Assembly (NCBI RefSeq): GCF_000372725.1
Contig: NW_005201732.1
Coordinates: forward strand, 248,001 to 312,000
DNA from: Emiliania huxleyi CCMP1516
Taxonomy: Eukaryota
Direction: 5' to 3'
DNA: 64,000 bases
A program made the translations under genes and the position numbers. The notes under the pieces are model-generated. The model was given only the letters and a program-made list of their open reading frames with translations, was not told where the DNA came from and made no database searches. Below are positions 49,726-60,572 of this stretch, one piece after another. Each line of letters opens with the position of its first letter. The stretch's first letter is position 1.

Positions 49726-50989
49726 AGTGTCCGGTACCCCCCCTAACGTGCTGTCATGTTCTGGGGGGCAGCTAGTACGTGCATACGATACGGCTCTGTA
49801 AGGTCGGGACGTATTCTCACCGATGTGGCTCGGTGCGCCTACCTTCCACAGAGTGGATTCTGCAGGACCGTACCCGTGGTACGGCGCGCCGGGCGCCGGG
49901 CGGCGCGCCCGATTCGGTCCATGTTGACCATGTCGGTCGAACCCACCCCGGGCCGCGAATTTGGCAAGTGTATTGAAAACGACTTTTTGATGATGAAATA
50001 CATACATGCAGTGTAGCGCCTGCCGCTACTGTACGCGCGGCGCGCATCCCCCTCTCTCGCCCTCCACGGCCGCTCAGCGGCGCAACGCAAAATGTCTCCC
50101 CGTCGGCCGTCACGCGAGCAAGCGGGCGACTGTGGGCGACGGAGCCGCTGCGCCGTCGGGGCGACGGCGGCGGCGGCGATGGCGGCAGCGGGTCGGGCGG
50201 CTGCGGCGGCGGTGGCGGTGGTAAGGGTGGCGGCAGCGCGGGCGGGGCAGCGCGGGCGGCGGCGGCGGAGGCGGTGGGGGTGGCGGGTGACGGTGGAGGC
50301 GGCGAGGGAGGCGGCGGGCTCGGAGGCGGCGGCGAGGGCTGCGGCGGCAAGGGCGGCGGCGGCAAGGGCGGCGGCGGCGAGGGCGGCGGCGGCGGCGAGG
50401 GGGGAGGCGGCAGGCTCCGATGCGTGGCGAGGGCGACGGCGGCGAGGAGGCGGCGGTGACGCGGAGGCGGACTGGGCGGCGGCGACGACGGCGGTGGTGG
50501 GCTTGGTGGGGGGCGGGCTGGGGAGGCAAAGCGACAGCGGGGGTGCGACGGCGGAGGAGGCGCCGGCAGAGGGGGCGGTGGCGGGCTCGGTGGCGGCCGG
50601 TGGTCGCCACGGTGGTGGCAAAAAAGAATGAGGCCGGCGCGGTGTGATGGCGCGGCCGTTGGGCGCGCCCCGGGTCCCTCTCCGAACAGCGACAGGCAGC
50701 GAATTCTGGGGGCTTGGTGACGCGTGCGCTGCGTGGCGATTACAGCGGCGAGTTTTGGAGGGCGCGCTGGCGCGGCGCGCAGGCCACTCAGAGGCTGATG
50801 TTGGGGTCGGAAGGCTGGCGGGAGAGGAGGCGGGGAGAGTCTGGGGCGACCGGTAGTCGATGCGAGGGTGCGGTGGCAGTCTGGCGAGCGTTGGGAGGCA
50901 GGACTGCTCTGACCAGCCACGCGCGGCGACCTGGTGAGCCAAGACCGGTACACCCCCCTGTGCTCGGCTCGGAGCTTCCGCCCACAGTG

Positions 50990-51575
50990 AGCATGTGCAC
51001 TGCTCTTGACAACTACAACGTGCTGCGCTACCTCCGCGTACTCGTACGCAGCCGCCTTGCCGAGGACGCTGGCGGCGGCGGCAATGCCGACGCAACTGCT
51101 GTGGACCGCTTCCTCGCGGCGCTGATGGCGTGGCTCAAGCTCTTCACGAAGGTGGAGAAGTCTCAGAGCGACCACGCTCGGCTCCGCGGCCTCAGGGCGA
51201 TCTACATGCGCTGCGGCAAGGCAGCCTTTGGCGGAAGCTTCGGCGAGACTTCAAAAAATCACGACGCATGCTGATCCACCACAGCCTTTGCCTCCTTAGT
51301 CTTGCCGCGCCGCTGCTGGTGGGGGGGGAGGCGGCGCTCGGATCGTCGTAAGCAGCGCAACTTCGCGCCCAGAGCTCGTGGCGCGAGCAGATGCATGCGC
51401 GGTGCTGAGCACCTGATTCTCCAGAAGGGGCAGGCCGCAAGGAGAGACCTCTCGCGAGCACTCAAGGCAGGGCCAGGGGGTGCCGAGAGATCACACCGCC
51501 TTCGTGCTCCCCCCTCGGTGCCCGGTGCACCCGACACACGGTGTCTCCTGAGACGCTTCCCTGTCCAAGTATAGT
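50990..51575 (+). pseudogene. Probable C-terminal part of the Plavaka-type transposase, degenerate
   Basis: [17 protein letters not shown]...[12 protein letters not shown]...[14 protein letters not shown] resembles the Plavaka/CACTA helical region and K.H motif; in-frame stops follow. Confidence 0.45.
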
Positions 51576-52162
51576 AAAATGTGATCTAGTATGCAATTGC
51601 CATCTCAGAACAGCTGTGCATCTATAGATGCTTGTGGCGTCTAAGATGGAACGCGTAACACGAAAAGACACGGCGCGGCTATCTCCAGGACAGCCGTCGC
51701 ATCCTAGAATGCCCTGTGTACCCGAGACACATGGTATCTTTGAGATGAAAAGTGCGTCCTAGAATGCGTTTTTGCATTCTAGGACGCATCGGTTAAACAA
51801 AGATGGGGGGGTCGCCCCCCCAGACGCCGCATGGCCAATCGCTTCCCCACCCCGGTCACTCGCGTCACTCTCCGCCCCCTTCCCCTCCATCCGTTGCCTC
51901 TCGTGGCTGGCAGCTCACGCTGACCGAAGCCCAAATGCTCGACCCACCCCCCCTCCCCCCTCAAGTAAGTGTGTCTGCCGTGCCAGCGTCTGAACAGAGA
52001 GCGACTTCGCGGATTGAAAGAGCAGTGAACAGAGAAAGATAGGAAGAGGCAGACGCGTATGCAGTTTTTCTTTCCCCCTGTGTTAGTGCCAGTGCGCGCC
52101 AGTCCCGTGCCCAGTGTTGTGCGAGGGAGTGGTTTTTGTTTCTAAAATTCTTTTCCCGCCAG

Positions 52163-53211
52163 CCACTCGGGGAAAAGGTGTGTAGACCCCAAATCGGGTC
52201 CGGACTTCGGACCCGATTACGCTGCCGCCTCGCGCGCGCCGCTGCTGCCCTCGCCGGCAGCCGCCGCGGTCGCAGTGCCATCGTGCGGACTGGCGGTCGA
52301 CTCGCCACATCGATTTCAACTCACGCGACGCGCTCGGCCTCCGCTGGCGGCTGCCGCAAGAGCGGCTGGCTCACGGCAGCGTCTCGCCGGTTGCCGGATA
52401 GGAGAGTACAGAACGTCTGGAGTGTAACTGTGTACGTGAGATCGGTTTTGATAACAAGCACGGTCGATCCGTCAAAGCGATACACTCGTTCCTATCTCGC
52501 TGGAGGGCTGGCACGGAGCTCTGTGCCGACAAACAGGAAGAGCCGAGCGGCAAGAAGGGCTCGATGGGGAGCGAGAACCGTCAAACGTGCTCACGGAGGT
52601 TTCGGAAGTCCACCCTGATGCGGTCGGTTCCCCCCCGGTTTGAACGCGCAGCTCGCAAGACTCGTCGAGCACTCGCAGCCTCTCTGCGCCTCTCATGCTG
52701 CCGCTCTGCGGGATGTTCAGTCTTTCCGGAAGATATCGTCGAGTTTTGGAAGCTGCGCGGTCAAACCTGGGGGGAAACAAGAGCGTCACGACGGACTTCA
52801 GGTTACACCTGAAGCTCTTCTGACGGTTCTCGCTCCCCATCGAGCCCTTCTTGCCGCTCGGCTCTTCCTGTTTGTCGGCACAAAGCTCCGTGCCAGCCCT
52901 CCAGCGAGATAGGAACGAGTGTATCGCTTTGACGGATCGACCGTGCTTGTTATCAAAACCGATCTCACGTACACAGTTACACTCCAGACGTTCTGTACTC
53001 TCCTATCCGGCAACCGGCGAGACGCTGCCGTGAGCCAGCCGCTCTTGCGGCAGCCGCCAGCGGAGGCCGAGCGCGTCGCGTATCGATCGAGCTCGCGATC
53101 CGGGCCGTGGAGCCCACGAGGAAGACTTCGTCTGCTGGGACGGAGTCCCGACGCTCGCTGCGTCCGCCGGAACTGGGGTCTGCACACCTTTCGTGGCCGC
53201 GTCCCGCAGTG
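52163..53211. repeat. ~1-kb foldback (long inverted repeat)
   Basis: 52323-52582 is a near-perfect reverse complement of 52821-53081. The spacer and outer flanks are also imperfectly complementary (AAAGGTGTGTAGACCCC / GGGGTCTGCACACCTTT). Confidence 0.95.
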
Positions 53212-53287
53212 GAGGCCGCTGCCCACCTCTGGGCCGCGTTGGATATCCACCTCGAGAACCTCGAGAGAGAGTGGACGCGTGGGGTAT

Positions 53288-54298
53288 ATGCTCCTCACCG
53301 ACCTGTCTGCTGACAATCTCGAGGAAGTTGTGCGCCACTGCGACGCGAGCGCCTTCCTCAACCTGCAGGCGGCGTGCCACACGTTCCAAGATTTGGACGC
53401 CCGCCTGGTGCAGCGCGTCTGGCGGGAAATCGCGCTCGCCGCGATGGACAAGCCTTGGCTCGCACAGGACGCGGCTACGGCCGTCGACTGGAAGCGCCGC
53501 TACAAGGTCCTGATGCGCGCTGGCTGCCGCCTCAAGCTGCCTACGGTGTCCATCGAGGAGTTGCGCCGCGAGTACACCTTCCATCTCGACGGCCCCTATG
53601 TCGACGGCCCCTACCAACCCGCGATCGCCTCCCTGACTGGCACCGCTCGCGCAGCCAATTCGGACGCGGAGGCCGACGAAGGCCATCATGAAAGTGTCAC
53701 TGATGCCATCTTCCTCGATTTCAAAGGCGACGCAAGCGGAATGGTTGTACGACCCGCCTATGCTCAACGACACATTCGACGGGATGTCCAGGTGTACATG
53801 CTACACGTGCGCCGCGCTTCGGACGGCAGAGTGGCGCACCTTGCCACATTTGATCTGAGGGAGAGGGACGAGATCTACCACGAGAACCATTCATGCACCG
53901 TGTTTCGCAGCGGCCAGGCCGGCAGCGGAAGCCCAGATTGCCCGTGGCACTCGATTCCAGGCACACATTACTCGGCCCGTTTCCCAGCGCCACCGTGGCT
54001 TGGCATGGTGGAGGAGGCGGGCAATCGCGTCGAAGCCCGAGATGGCAACGCCCGCCTGAAGGTGACGGTGTGGCCGATTGAGTCTGCCCAAGAGCAGCCT
54101 GAGGCTGAGAGCGAGAGCGAGGGCGAGGAGCCCCGCTTCTGCTGCTGGGGCGAGAAGGGCTGCAGCATTGAGCTGAAGAAGCACACGTGCGACGTGCCTT
54201 ACATTGACCACACGAACTTCATGGGCGCGGCGAGCGCCACATTCCCGATCACTCTCGGCGAGTTCCCGGCGGTGCTGCGCGCGCTCGAGTGGGCCTAG
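53288..54298 (+). CDS. F-box-like protein, intronless
   Basis: MLLTDLSADNLEEVVRHCDASAFLNLQAACHTF...VWREI...DWKRRY fits the F-box pattern; C-terminus unknown. Confidence 0.6.
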   Translation: MLLTDLSADNLEEVVRHCDASAFLNLQAACHTFQDLDARLVQRVWREIALAAMDKPWLAQDAATAVDWKRRYKVLMRAGCRLKLPTVSIEELRREYTFHLDGPYVDGPYQPAIASLTGTARAANSDAEADEGHHESVTDAIFLDFKGDASGMVVRPAYAQRHIRRDVQVYMLHVRRASDGRVAHLATFDLRERDEIYHENHSCTVFRSGQAGSGSPDCPWHSIPGTHYSARFPAPPWLGMVEEAGNRVEARDGNARLKVTVWPIESAQEQPEAESESEGEEPRFCCWGEKGCSIELKKHTCDVPYIDHTNFMGAASATFPITLGEFPAVLRALEWA

Positions 54299-54942
54299 GA
54301 TTGGGCGCTTGAGAGTGATCTGCCTTGTTTGCGGACTGCCACGCCAGAGCCTGCCTGCCCGTGCCGGAGCGAGGCACGCGAGGAGCATGTGACGAGGAGG
54401 GGCCTCGCGAACGTCGCGACATTACGTAGTGTGGCTGTGGGGTCCAGGGCGCAGGGGTCCCCGCTGGCCGCGCGCTGGGGGTCGGTTTGGGTGGTACGCA
54501 CGTCTCGCTTGCCTGGGCGGTCGTGGGCAGCTATCAATTAGAATTTTACAATCAATTAGAATACCGCTGGGTGGAGGGCAATAGCGGGCAAATGGCGACG
54601 GTGGTGTTGTGTGGCGATGGCCATGGTGGCAGGCGATATGTCAATTGTCATATAATGTCAACTTGTTGGATTTCGGGATTTGTGAATTGTGAACACTAAA
54701 GAAAAAAGCGCTACACTCAACGTACAATGATGTCAATGAGATGCATCGAGCGGCGGCCCCCTCGCGCCTCGGCACTTGGGAGTCCCGACCGGGGCGCCAC
54801 TCTTTTGTCGCGGCCCGACGTGTCCAGCACCCATGTATGCCCCGTCCCATCTCTGATGCCCGTAGATGCGCCTCGCTCTCGGGAGCAGCAGCGACTCGGC
54901 CTTCCCGCGAGCCCACTACACGTACCTGTCGTCCCTGTTGCC

Positions 54943-56180
54943 TCAGTGCGTCATCGGCTCGGGCTGCGGCTGCATATTCTCGACCTGCTGCATCATCTCG
55001 CCAGACGAGACGCCACACTCCGCCGGCTGGGGCAGCGACGGCGGCACGTTCTCGTTCGGCAGCGAGGGCGGCAGCGACGGCGGCATCTGCCAATCGATCT
55101 GGTAGCGCGTGACTCGCGGTTTTTCCGCGAGGATGGTTCGGACCAGCCGGTCGTGCAGCGGCGGCTCGGGCGGGCTCTCGTTGAGCTCGGGCGCGTCGTA
55201 CTCGTTGTTGACGTAGTAGCCTGCCTCACAACCGCCGCGTCGAGGGGGCGGCGCGCGGGGGAGGGGGGGGGGGGGGGGGGGGGCAGCCCGCGCGAGAGGC
55301 TCGCGCGCGAGGGGCTGGCGGCGCGAGAGCTCGCGCCGCGAGGGCAGTCGGCGCGAGGCTGGACTGCTGGCAAGGGGCTGTGGCTGGCAAGGGGCGCTGT
55401 GCGCGCCTATCCGGATGAACTCGCGCTCGCGGAAGAAGCCGCTGAGCAGGATCACCTGGGCGTGGCAGGAGGAGGAGGGATGGGGTGTAGAGAGGAGAGC
55501 TCGGCCCGTGACCACCTCGCGCCGCCTTGCACCCCCGCAACCGCTCTCCCCTCGCCCTGCCCTACCCCCGCCCTCGCCCTCCCCTCGCCGCTCGCACCGT
55601 CACGCCGAGCAAATCATGCGACGGGATCTTGAGCGGATCGGGAGGGTCGGCCTGTGGGGCAAGCGACCGCTCAGCTTTCGGCGGGCGCTTCGGTGCGGCG
55701 GCGGAGCGACGGCGAGTGCGGAGAGGGGAAGCGGCCATGGTCGGGTGCGGGCTCCCGCGCCTGGAAGACAATCTTGTATGAGCTCGCCTGGAGAGGCGGG
55801 AAGGCGTCGGGCGTCACTCCGCGGCAGCCAGCCTCGTCCGGACGGGGCGCGGAGCGCGGGAGGGGCGATGGGTCGAGGTGGCGTGAGCGCGCGGATGGCC
55901 GCGCCTGCATCGGGCCGACCAGAATGGAGTCGAGCTCCTGGTCGTGCTCGTCGCTCTCGGCAGACCCGACGTAGATGAGCTTCCACTCGATGTCCTCACT
56001 CAGCGGCGCGAGGCACTCGAAGCTCACCTCAAACTGCGGTGCGCACGCTCGCGCAGCGGCGTCAGCCGGGAAACGCGCAGCGGGCGCGCGGCGTGGGTGG
56101 CGAGGGCGCGCCTGGAAGTCGGAGAAGAACCTGGAAGGGTTGTTGAGCACCGACACGTTCGTGACGTTGATCATCGCCAT
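54943..56180 (-). CDS. ASF1: Histone chaperone ASF1, multi-exon
   Basis: INVTNVSVLNNP, FEVSFECL, DIEWKLIYVGSAESDEHDQELDSILVGP, DPPD...DLLGVT-VILLS...EFIRIG-YYVNNEY, ILAEKPRVTRYQIDW. Confidence 0.95.
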
Positions 56181-57765
56181 CGTTACAGAAGTGGGGTAGG
56201 TGAGAATCGCCGGGCCGGGGCCGAAGACAGTTGGTGCGAAGGCGGCTGCCGCAGCGCGGGGTATTTTTTCTTTTTTAGGAATGCTATAGGAAGCCCAGAA
56301 AGGTGTGAGTGTGTGTGTTACACACGAAGCCCAGAAAGGCTCGTCTCAGAGGGTTTGTTTAGGTTTGTTCTCAGAGGGTACCCTCTGTGCCAAGAGAGGC
56401 CATCAACGAGCGGCTCAGAGGGTGCCTGGCCCTCTGAAGGCCTGTGTGCCGCCAAGCCAGCCTCTCTCGGCGCAGCCTCTGAGGCTACGACCTACGTACG
56501 GGGACCCTCTCTCTGACTGAGACCGGCCAAGGCAAGCCCCGCGAGGCCGCTCCTCAGAGGGAGTTTTCAGGCGGTATTTCAAGTCTGTCGTGATCCCCCA
56601 CCAAGCAGAGAGACCCCCCCCCCCCCCCTTCCCAATTTTTTCGGATACCTCAAGTTCGAGCTCACGCGGACGCCGCGGCGCCTCATGGCCAAGCTGGAGC
56701 AGGGGACGGACGTGGAGATCACTACCTCCTCCTCGGGCGGCCGCTCAAAGCACATCCTCAAGTTGACGGGTCGGCGCCGCGGGCCGCGCGAAGCTGTCGT
56801 GCAGGGCTCGGCGCGGGCGCTGTGGGCGAGCCTGCAGCAGCAGCAAGCTGTGTGGTGCCGGGCGCTCGAGCATAGAGTAGCGCCTTTTAGTCATGCTCGC
56901 TGCTCTTAAAGTCATACATGTTTTACTGCCGCCCCTCCCCGCCCTCACTGGTCAGCGCCGTTCGTGGAGGGCTACAGGCAGCTCCGGCCTCCGCCCGGGG
57001 CTCTCGCCTCTGCCGTGAGGGGGCTACCCTCTGAGGTCACGAAAGCCCTCTGTGCCACTGTGCCGCGCCAAGACCATCAGACAGGGACCCTCTCTGAGGC
57101 CAAAATCAGCCAAGAGAGGCCACAGAGCGGCGGCACAGAGTCAGAGTCAAACCCTCTGTGCCGCCAAGCCAGGGGTCCGACCCGTCCTCAGAGGGGGGGG
57201 TCTGGGGCGCCTCAGAGCGCGGAGGTTATATAACCCCCCCTAGAAGTCTTGTGCGTCCACCCATACCGCGCTCTGCGCCGCGCGGGTGTGGTCCCACCAG
57301 TCGTTGCACGTTGGTTTGACTGTGTTTCACCTTCGATACATACATACTCCAAAGTATTTAAGAACCGCGAAGGTGGCAATGCTCGACGGCGTCAGGATGT
57401 CAGGAACACCCCCGACGCGGAACCCCGAGAGGGCCGGACGGTGCAGGGCACACACAGGCCACAAAAATTTGCCGATCCTCCCAGCTCGTTGCACGCGTCG
57501 CCAGCCTAGGCCCGGGCGCACCCCCACGAGAATTGGGTCTGCAGGCTCGGCGCCACGGGGCGAGGGGCGCAGCAGAGGCAGCTCGACGGGAAGAAGTCGG
57601 CGCTCATGCCCGGAAAGAGCCAGGCGCGGAAAGAACGACGGCGGGGGGGGGGTCGGCCGCTGCTCGGCCCGCGGGCGCTCCTCCGCCTTTTTACGGACTT
57701 CTTTTTCTTGTTCGCTTTCGAAAAAGAAACCCGCGTCCCTTGCCGCCGACTTGACTTCGGTGAAG

Positions 57766-58593
57766 ATGGCGCGCTCTGCGCTGGTGGTCCAAAAAGGCTG
57801 GCCGTGGCACGACCCGACCCTTTGCGCCGTCTTCGCCCGCATTTACTCCCAGCGGGACATCTCTCTCATCGTGCTCTCAGAGTCTGCAGCGTGGAACGAC
57901 CAGGAGGGCGCGCTCGAGGACAGCTTGGTGATCCGGGAGGCCGTCGTCCGCTGGCTGTACGAGAACTGCACGCTCGATGTGAGCACGCACCACTGGCGCG
58001 CGCGGCTTCCCGCTGTGCCTTCGCCGCTGCCTGCGCTCGCGCCTCTGCTTCTGCATCCTCGGCTGCCCGACGGCGCGCTGCTCGCCGCTGCCGAGATCGC
58101 CGACGAGCTTGCCGAAGAAGACGTTCGTGTTGCGACAGCCTTCGCCATGCCCGCCACAAGCGTGAGGAAGACCATCGTCATCTCCTTCGACACGTACCGC
58201 AACACCTTTCCGTTCGGCTGGGTCATCAAAAACTGCTCTTGCCGGCCGGGCGCATGCACGCACGAGCGGCGAGCACTCTCCTACCGCGATTCGTGTGCGC
58301 AGGCGGGGCACGCGGCGGCGGTCGTGGCGGACCCCGGAGGATCACTCAGCACCGATCTCGCAAACGGAGTGGAGATCCACGCCGTGCAAGCATACGCGAT
58401 GGGCGGCGTCGGCCCCAAAGCCGTACACGTGAGCATGGACGAGGAGAACAAGGAGCTGCCGCTGTGGTGCAGCAGCTGCAAGAGAGCCCGCACCTGGGAG
58501 ACGGTGTGCGAGCACCAGAGGCTGGTCTTCGGAGACGGCCGTTGCCAGGCAGAGGCCGGCCGCTGCGTGGAGGCCGGCCTCTGCGGCCTCTGA
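57766..58593 (+). CDS. Protein with two SWIM-like zinc-finger motifs
   Basis: CSCRPGACTH (CxCx4CxH) and CSSCKRARTWETVCEH, each preceded by beta-strand-like segments. Confidence 0.5.
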   Translation: MARSALVVQKGWPWHDPTLCAVFARIYSQRDISLIVLSESAAWNDQEGALEDSLVIREAVVRWLYENCTLDVSTHHWRARLPAVPSPLPALAPLLLHPRLPDGALLAAAEIADELAEEDVRVATAFAMPATSVRKTIVISFDTYRNTFPFGWVIKNCSCRPGACTHERRALSYRDSCAQAGHAAAVVADPGGSLSTDLANGVEIHAVQAYAMGGVGPKAVHVSMDEENKELPLWCSSCKRARTWETVCEHQRLVFGDGRCQAEAGRCVEAGLCGL

Positions 58594-58730
58594 GGCGGAC
58601 TCGTTTTTCTATATTCTTTCTTCCTCTATGCGGGGGGCGCGAGCGCCGTCGTGTGTATCTGTTGCGCACATAATATAATATAATAAGTGTGGATAAACGC
58701 TGGGCACACAGCCACACATGTCCAAACATT

Positions 58731-60572
58731 TCACTTCTGGACCATCGACCTCGTCCGCCTTGGAGCTCCCTCTTGCAGCACCGGCAACTCGCCCGCGAGC
58801 CGCGAGGAGTGCCGCGCCGGGGCGGGGGCTGGCGCCTTGCGCTTCGCCGTCCTCCCCTGTGACGACGCATGCTCGACTCGCTGTGTCTTGCCCTGCTGCG
58901 ACTTCATGTGCGAAAGGCACCGCTCTTGCAGCAAGCCCGCGAGCGGAAGCGGGCCGCACCTGAGCTGCACCTCTAGCTCGAGCTCTCCCTCGTCCCACTC
59001 GCCCTCCACTCCACGTCCCTCCTGCTTGAGCTGCGCCGTGGCAGCCTCCCGCGCCCGCGTCTGTGCCGCCTTCCAGGCTGTGTTCTGCTTGGCCTCTCGC
59101 ATCGGCGCGTCGACTGCGTAATCGATGTACTCCTCCGTGAGCAGCTCCTTGCTCGGCCGGAAGCCGTGGAGACTGTCAGGGTTGAACCAGTGCGTGGGCA
59201 CGCCGCCGAGGTCGGCGTCCCACTGCGGCATCTCGACGTACGCGAGCGCATTCACAAACTGCATGACTGCTGGCGGGCGCTGCTGCTGCTTGAGTGCCTC
59301 TGGAGTGAGGCAGACCATGGGCGAGAGGAAGCCACCGTTCAAGTCGGCGTGCTGCCCAAACGCGGCGTAGTTGATCGCGCACCCTGCCGTCGTCTGAGGC
59401 GCGTCCCATGGGGGGTGCCGAGAGGGCGCACCGTAGTTGTGCGTGTGGTCGCGAGGCGTGTGCTGCCGAGCGTGGTGGGTATTCATCACCCGCTCCAGCT
59501 CCAGGTCGGCGCCCTTCAGGAAGGCGCCGACCGCAGCTAGCATCTCGCCCTCCGCCCGGCAAAATTCCTCGTCCTCGAGGAGGGCCGAGTTCTTGGGAGA
59601 GTACTGATTGACTCCACCGTCGCGAGGATTTGCGCGCCGGCCGCACATCCGATGGCATCCCTGCGCCCAGTGGTCGTGGTCCGCGCTGCGGCCCGGATCA
59701 ACGTAGTGCAGCGCCATGAACCGAATCGCCGACTGGAGCGGCTGTTCTTGCTCCGGCGGCAGCACACGCCCCGTGTGCAGGCAGCAGATGGCCGCATCCA
59801 TTCCGCCCTTGTTCGGGCCGTGGCGGACGAGCTCGCGAGTGGAGATGAGCACTTGGCGGGGGCCAACCTTGGCCAAAGGGGAGTGCTGCTTGAACAGCGG
59901 GGGAGCCGGTGGGTTGCCGACGACGCACTGCCAGTCGGGCTCGTCCATGCCCAAGCCGTGCCGAGCCCCGATGCTCATGACGGCACGCAGGTTCCCAACC
60001 ACTGCTCGCACCGCGTCGGTCTGCGCAAATTGATTCGATACGAGCATTGCGATCGTCTGATGAAGGCTGCCCACCCAGTTGTGTCCGGGCGCTGGGCATT
60101 GCGGCGTAGTTGGGTCCGCGGGTGAAGCGGCCGGCGTGGCGGCGGCACGCTTCGCCGCAGCTCGCTCCGCACGCAGCCGCGCCATCGAGATTTTGCTCGC
60201 TTGGGCCTTTGCCAGCCGGCGTGCCTCGCTCGCGAGGGCAGTGGCGTGGTCGACAGCCTGGACCGCGAGGGCGCATAGGCCAGGCTGCTGCGGCGGGAGG
60301 CGAGCCATGGCTGTGGGCAGCGCCCGCTGGATTGGAATCGGCGGAGCCACAGGTGCAGCGTGCGCGAAGGGCGCCACGGAGCCCATCATGTAGAAGGGTG
60401 GCCCGGGCGTAAAGAATGGTAGCACGGCGGCAGGGGGAGGGACGGCGATGGGCTGTGGCTGGTGCACCGCGCTCGCGATGGGGTAAACCCTCAGCGGGGC
60501 AGGCACTGCCGCCGGCAGCCCGCCCAGCGCTGCCACCGCTCCTCCCGTCTGCGCGTCAGTCTGCCACCACAT
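58731..60572 (-). CDS. TET/JBP-like Fe(II)-dependent dioxygenase (putative nucleic-acid base-modifying enzyme)
   Basis: MCGRRANPRDGGVNQY upstream motif; GCAINYAAFGQHADLN (HxD at 59351-59343); THWFNPDSLHG (distal His 59168-59166); basic C-terminal tail. Confidence 0.6.
   Translation of the reverse strand: MWWQTDAQTGGAVAALGGLPAAVPAPLRVYPIASAVHQPQPIAVPPPAAVLPFFTPGPPFYMMGSVAPFAHAAPVAPPIPIQRALPTAMARLPPQQPGLCALAVQAVDHATALASEARRLAKAQASKISMARLRAERAAAKRAAATPAASPADPTTPQCPAPGHNWVGSLHQTIAMLVSNQFAQTDAVRAVVGNLRAVMSIGARHGLGMDEPDWQCVVGNPPAPPLFKQHSPLAKVGPRQVLISTRELVRHGPNKGGMDAAICCLHTGRVLPPEQEQPLQSAIRFMALHYVDPGRSADHDHWAQGCHRMCGRRANPRDGGVNQYSPKNSALLEDEEFCRAEGEMLAAVGAFLKGADLELERVMNTHHARQHTPRDHTHNYGAPSRHPPWDAPQTTAGCAINYAAFGQHADLNGGFLSPMVCLTPEALKQQQRPPAVMQFVNALAYVEMPQWDADLGGVPTHWFNPDSLHGFRPSKELLTEEYIDYAVDAPMREAKQNTAWKAAQTRAREAATAQLKQEGRGVEGEWDEGELELEVQLRCGPLPLAGLLQERCLSHMKSQQGKTQRVEHASSQGRTAKRKAPAPAPARHSSRLAGELPVLQEGAPRRTRSMVQK

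Noticed and set aside
49817..50830. SPPPP-rich extensin-like ORF
   Set aside because: Low-complexity GC sequence without a recognisable domain or clear gene structure.
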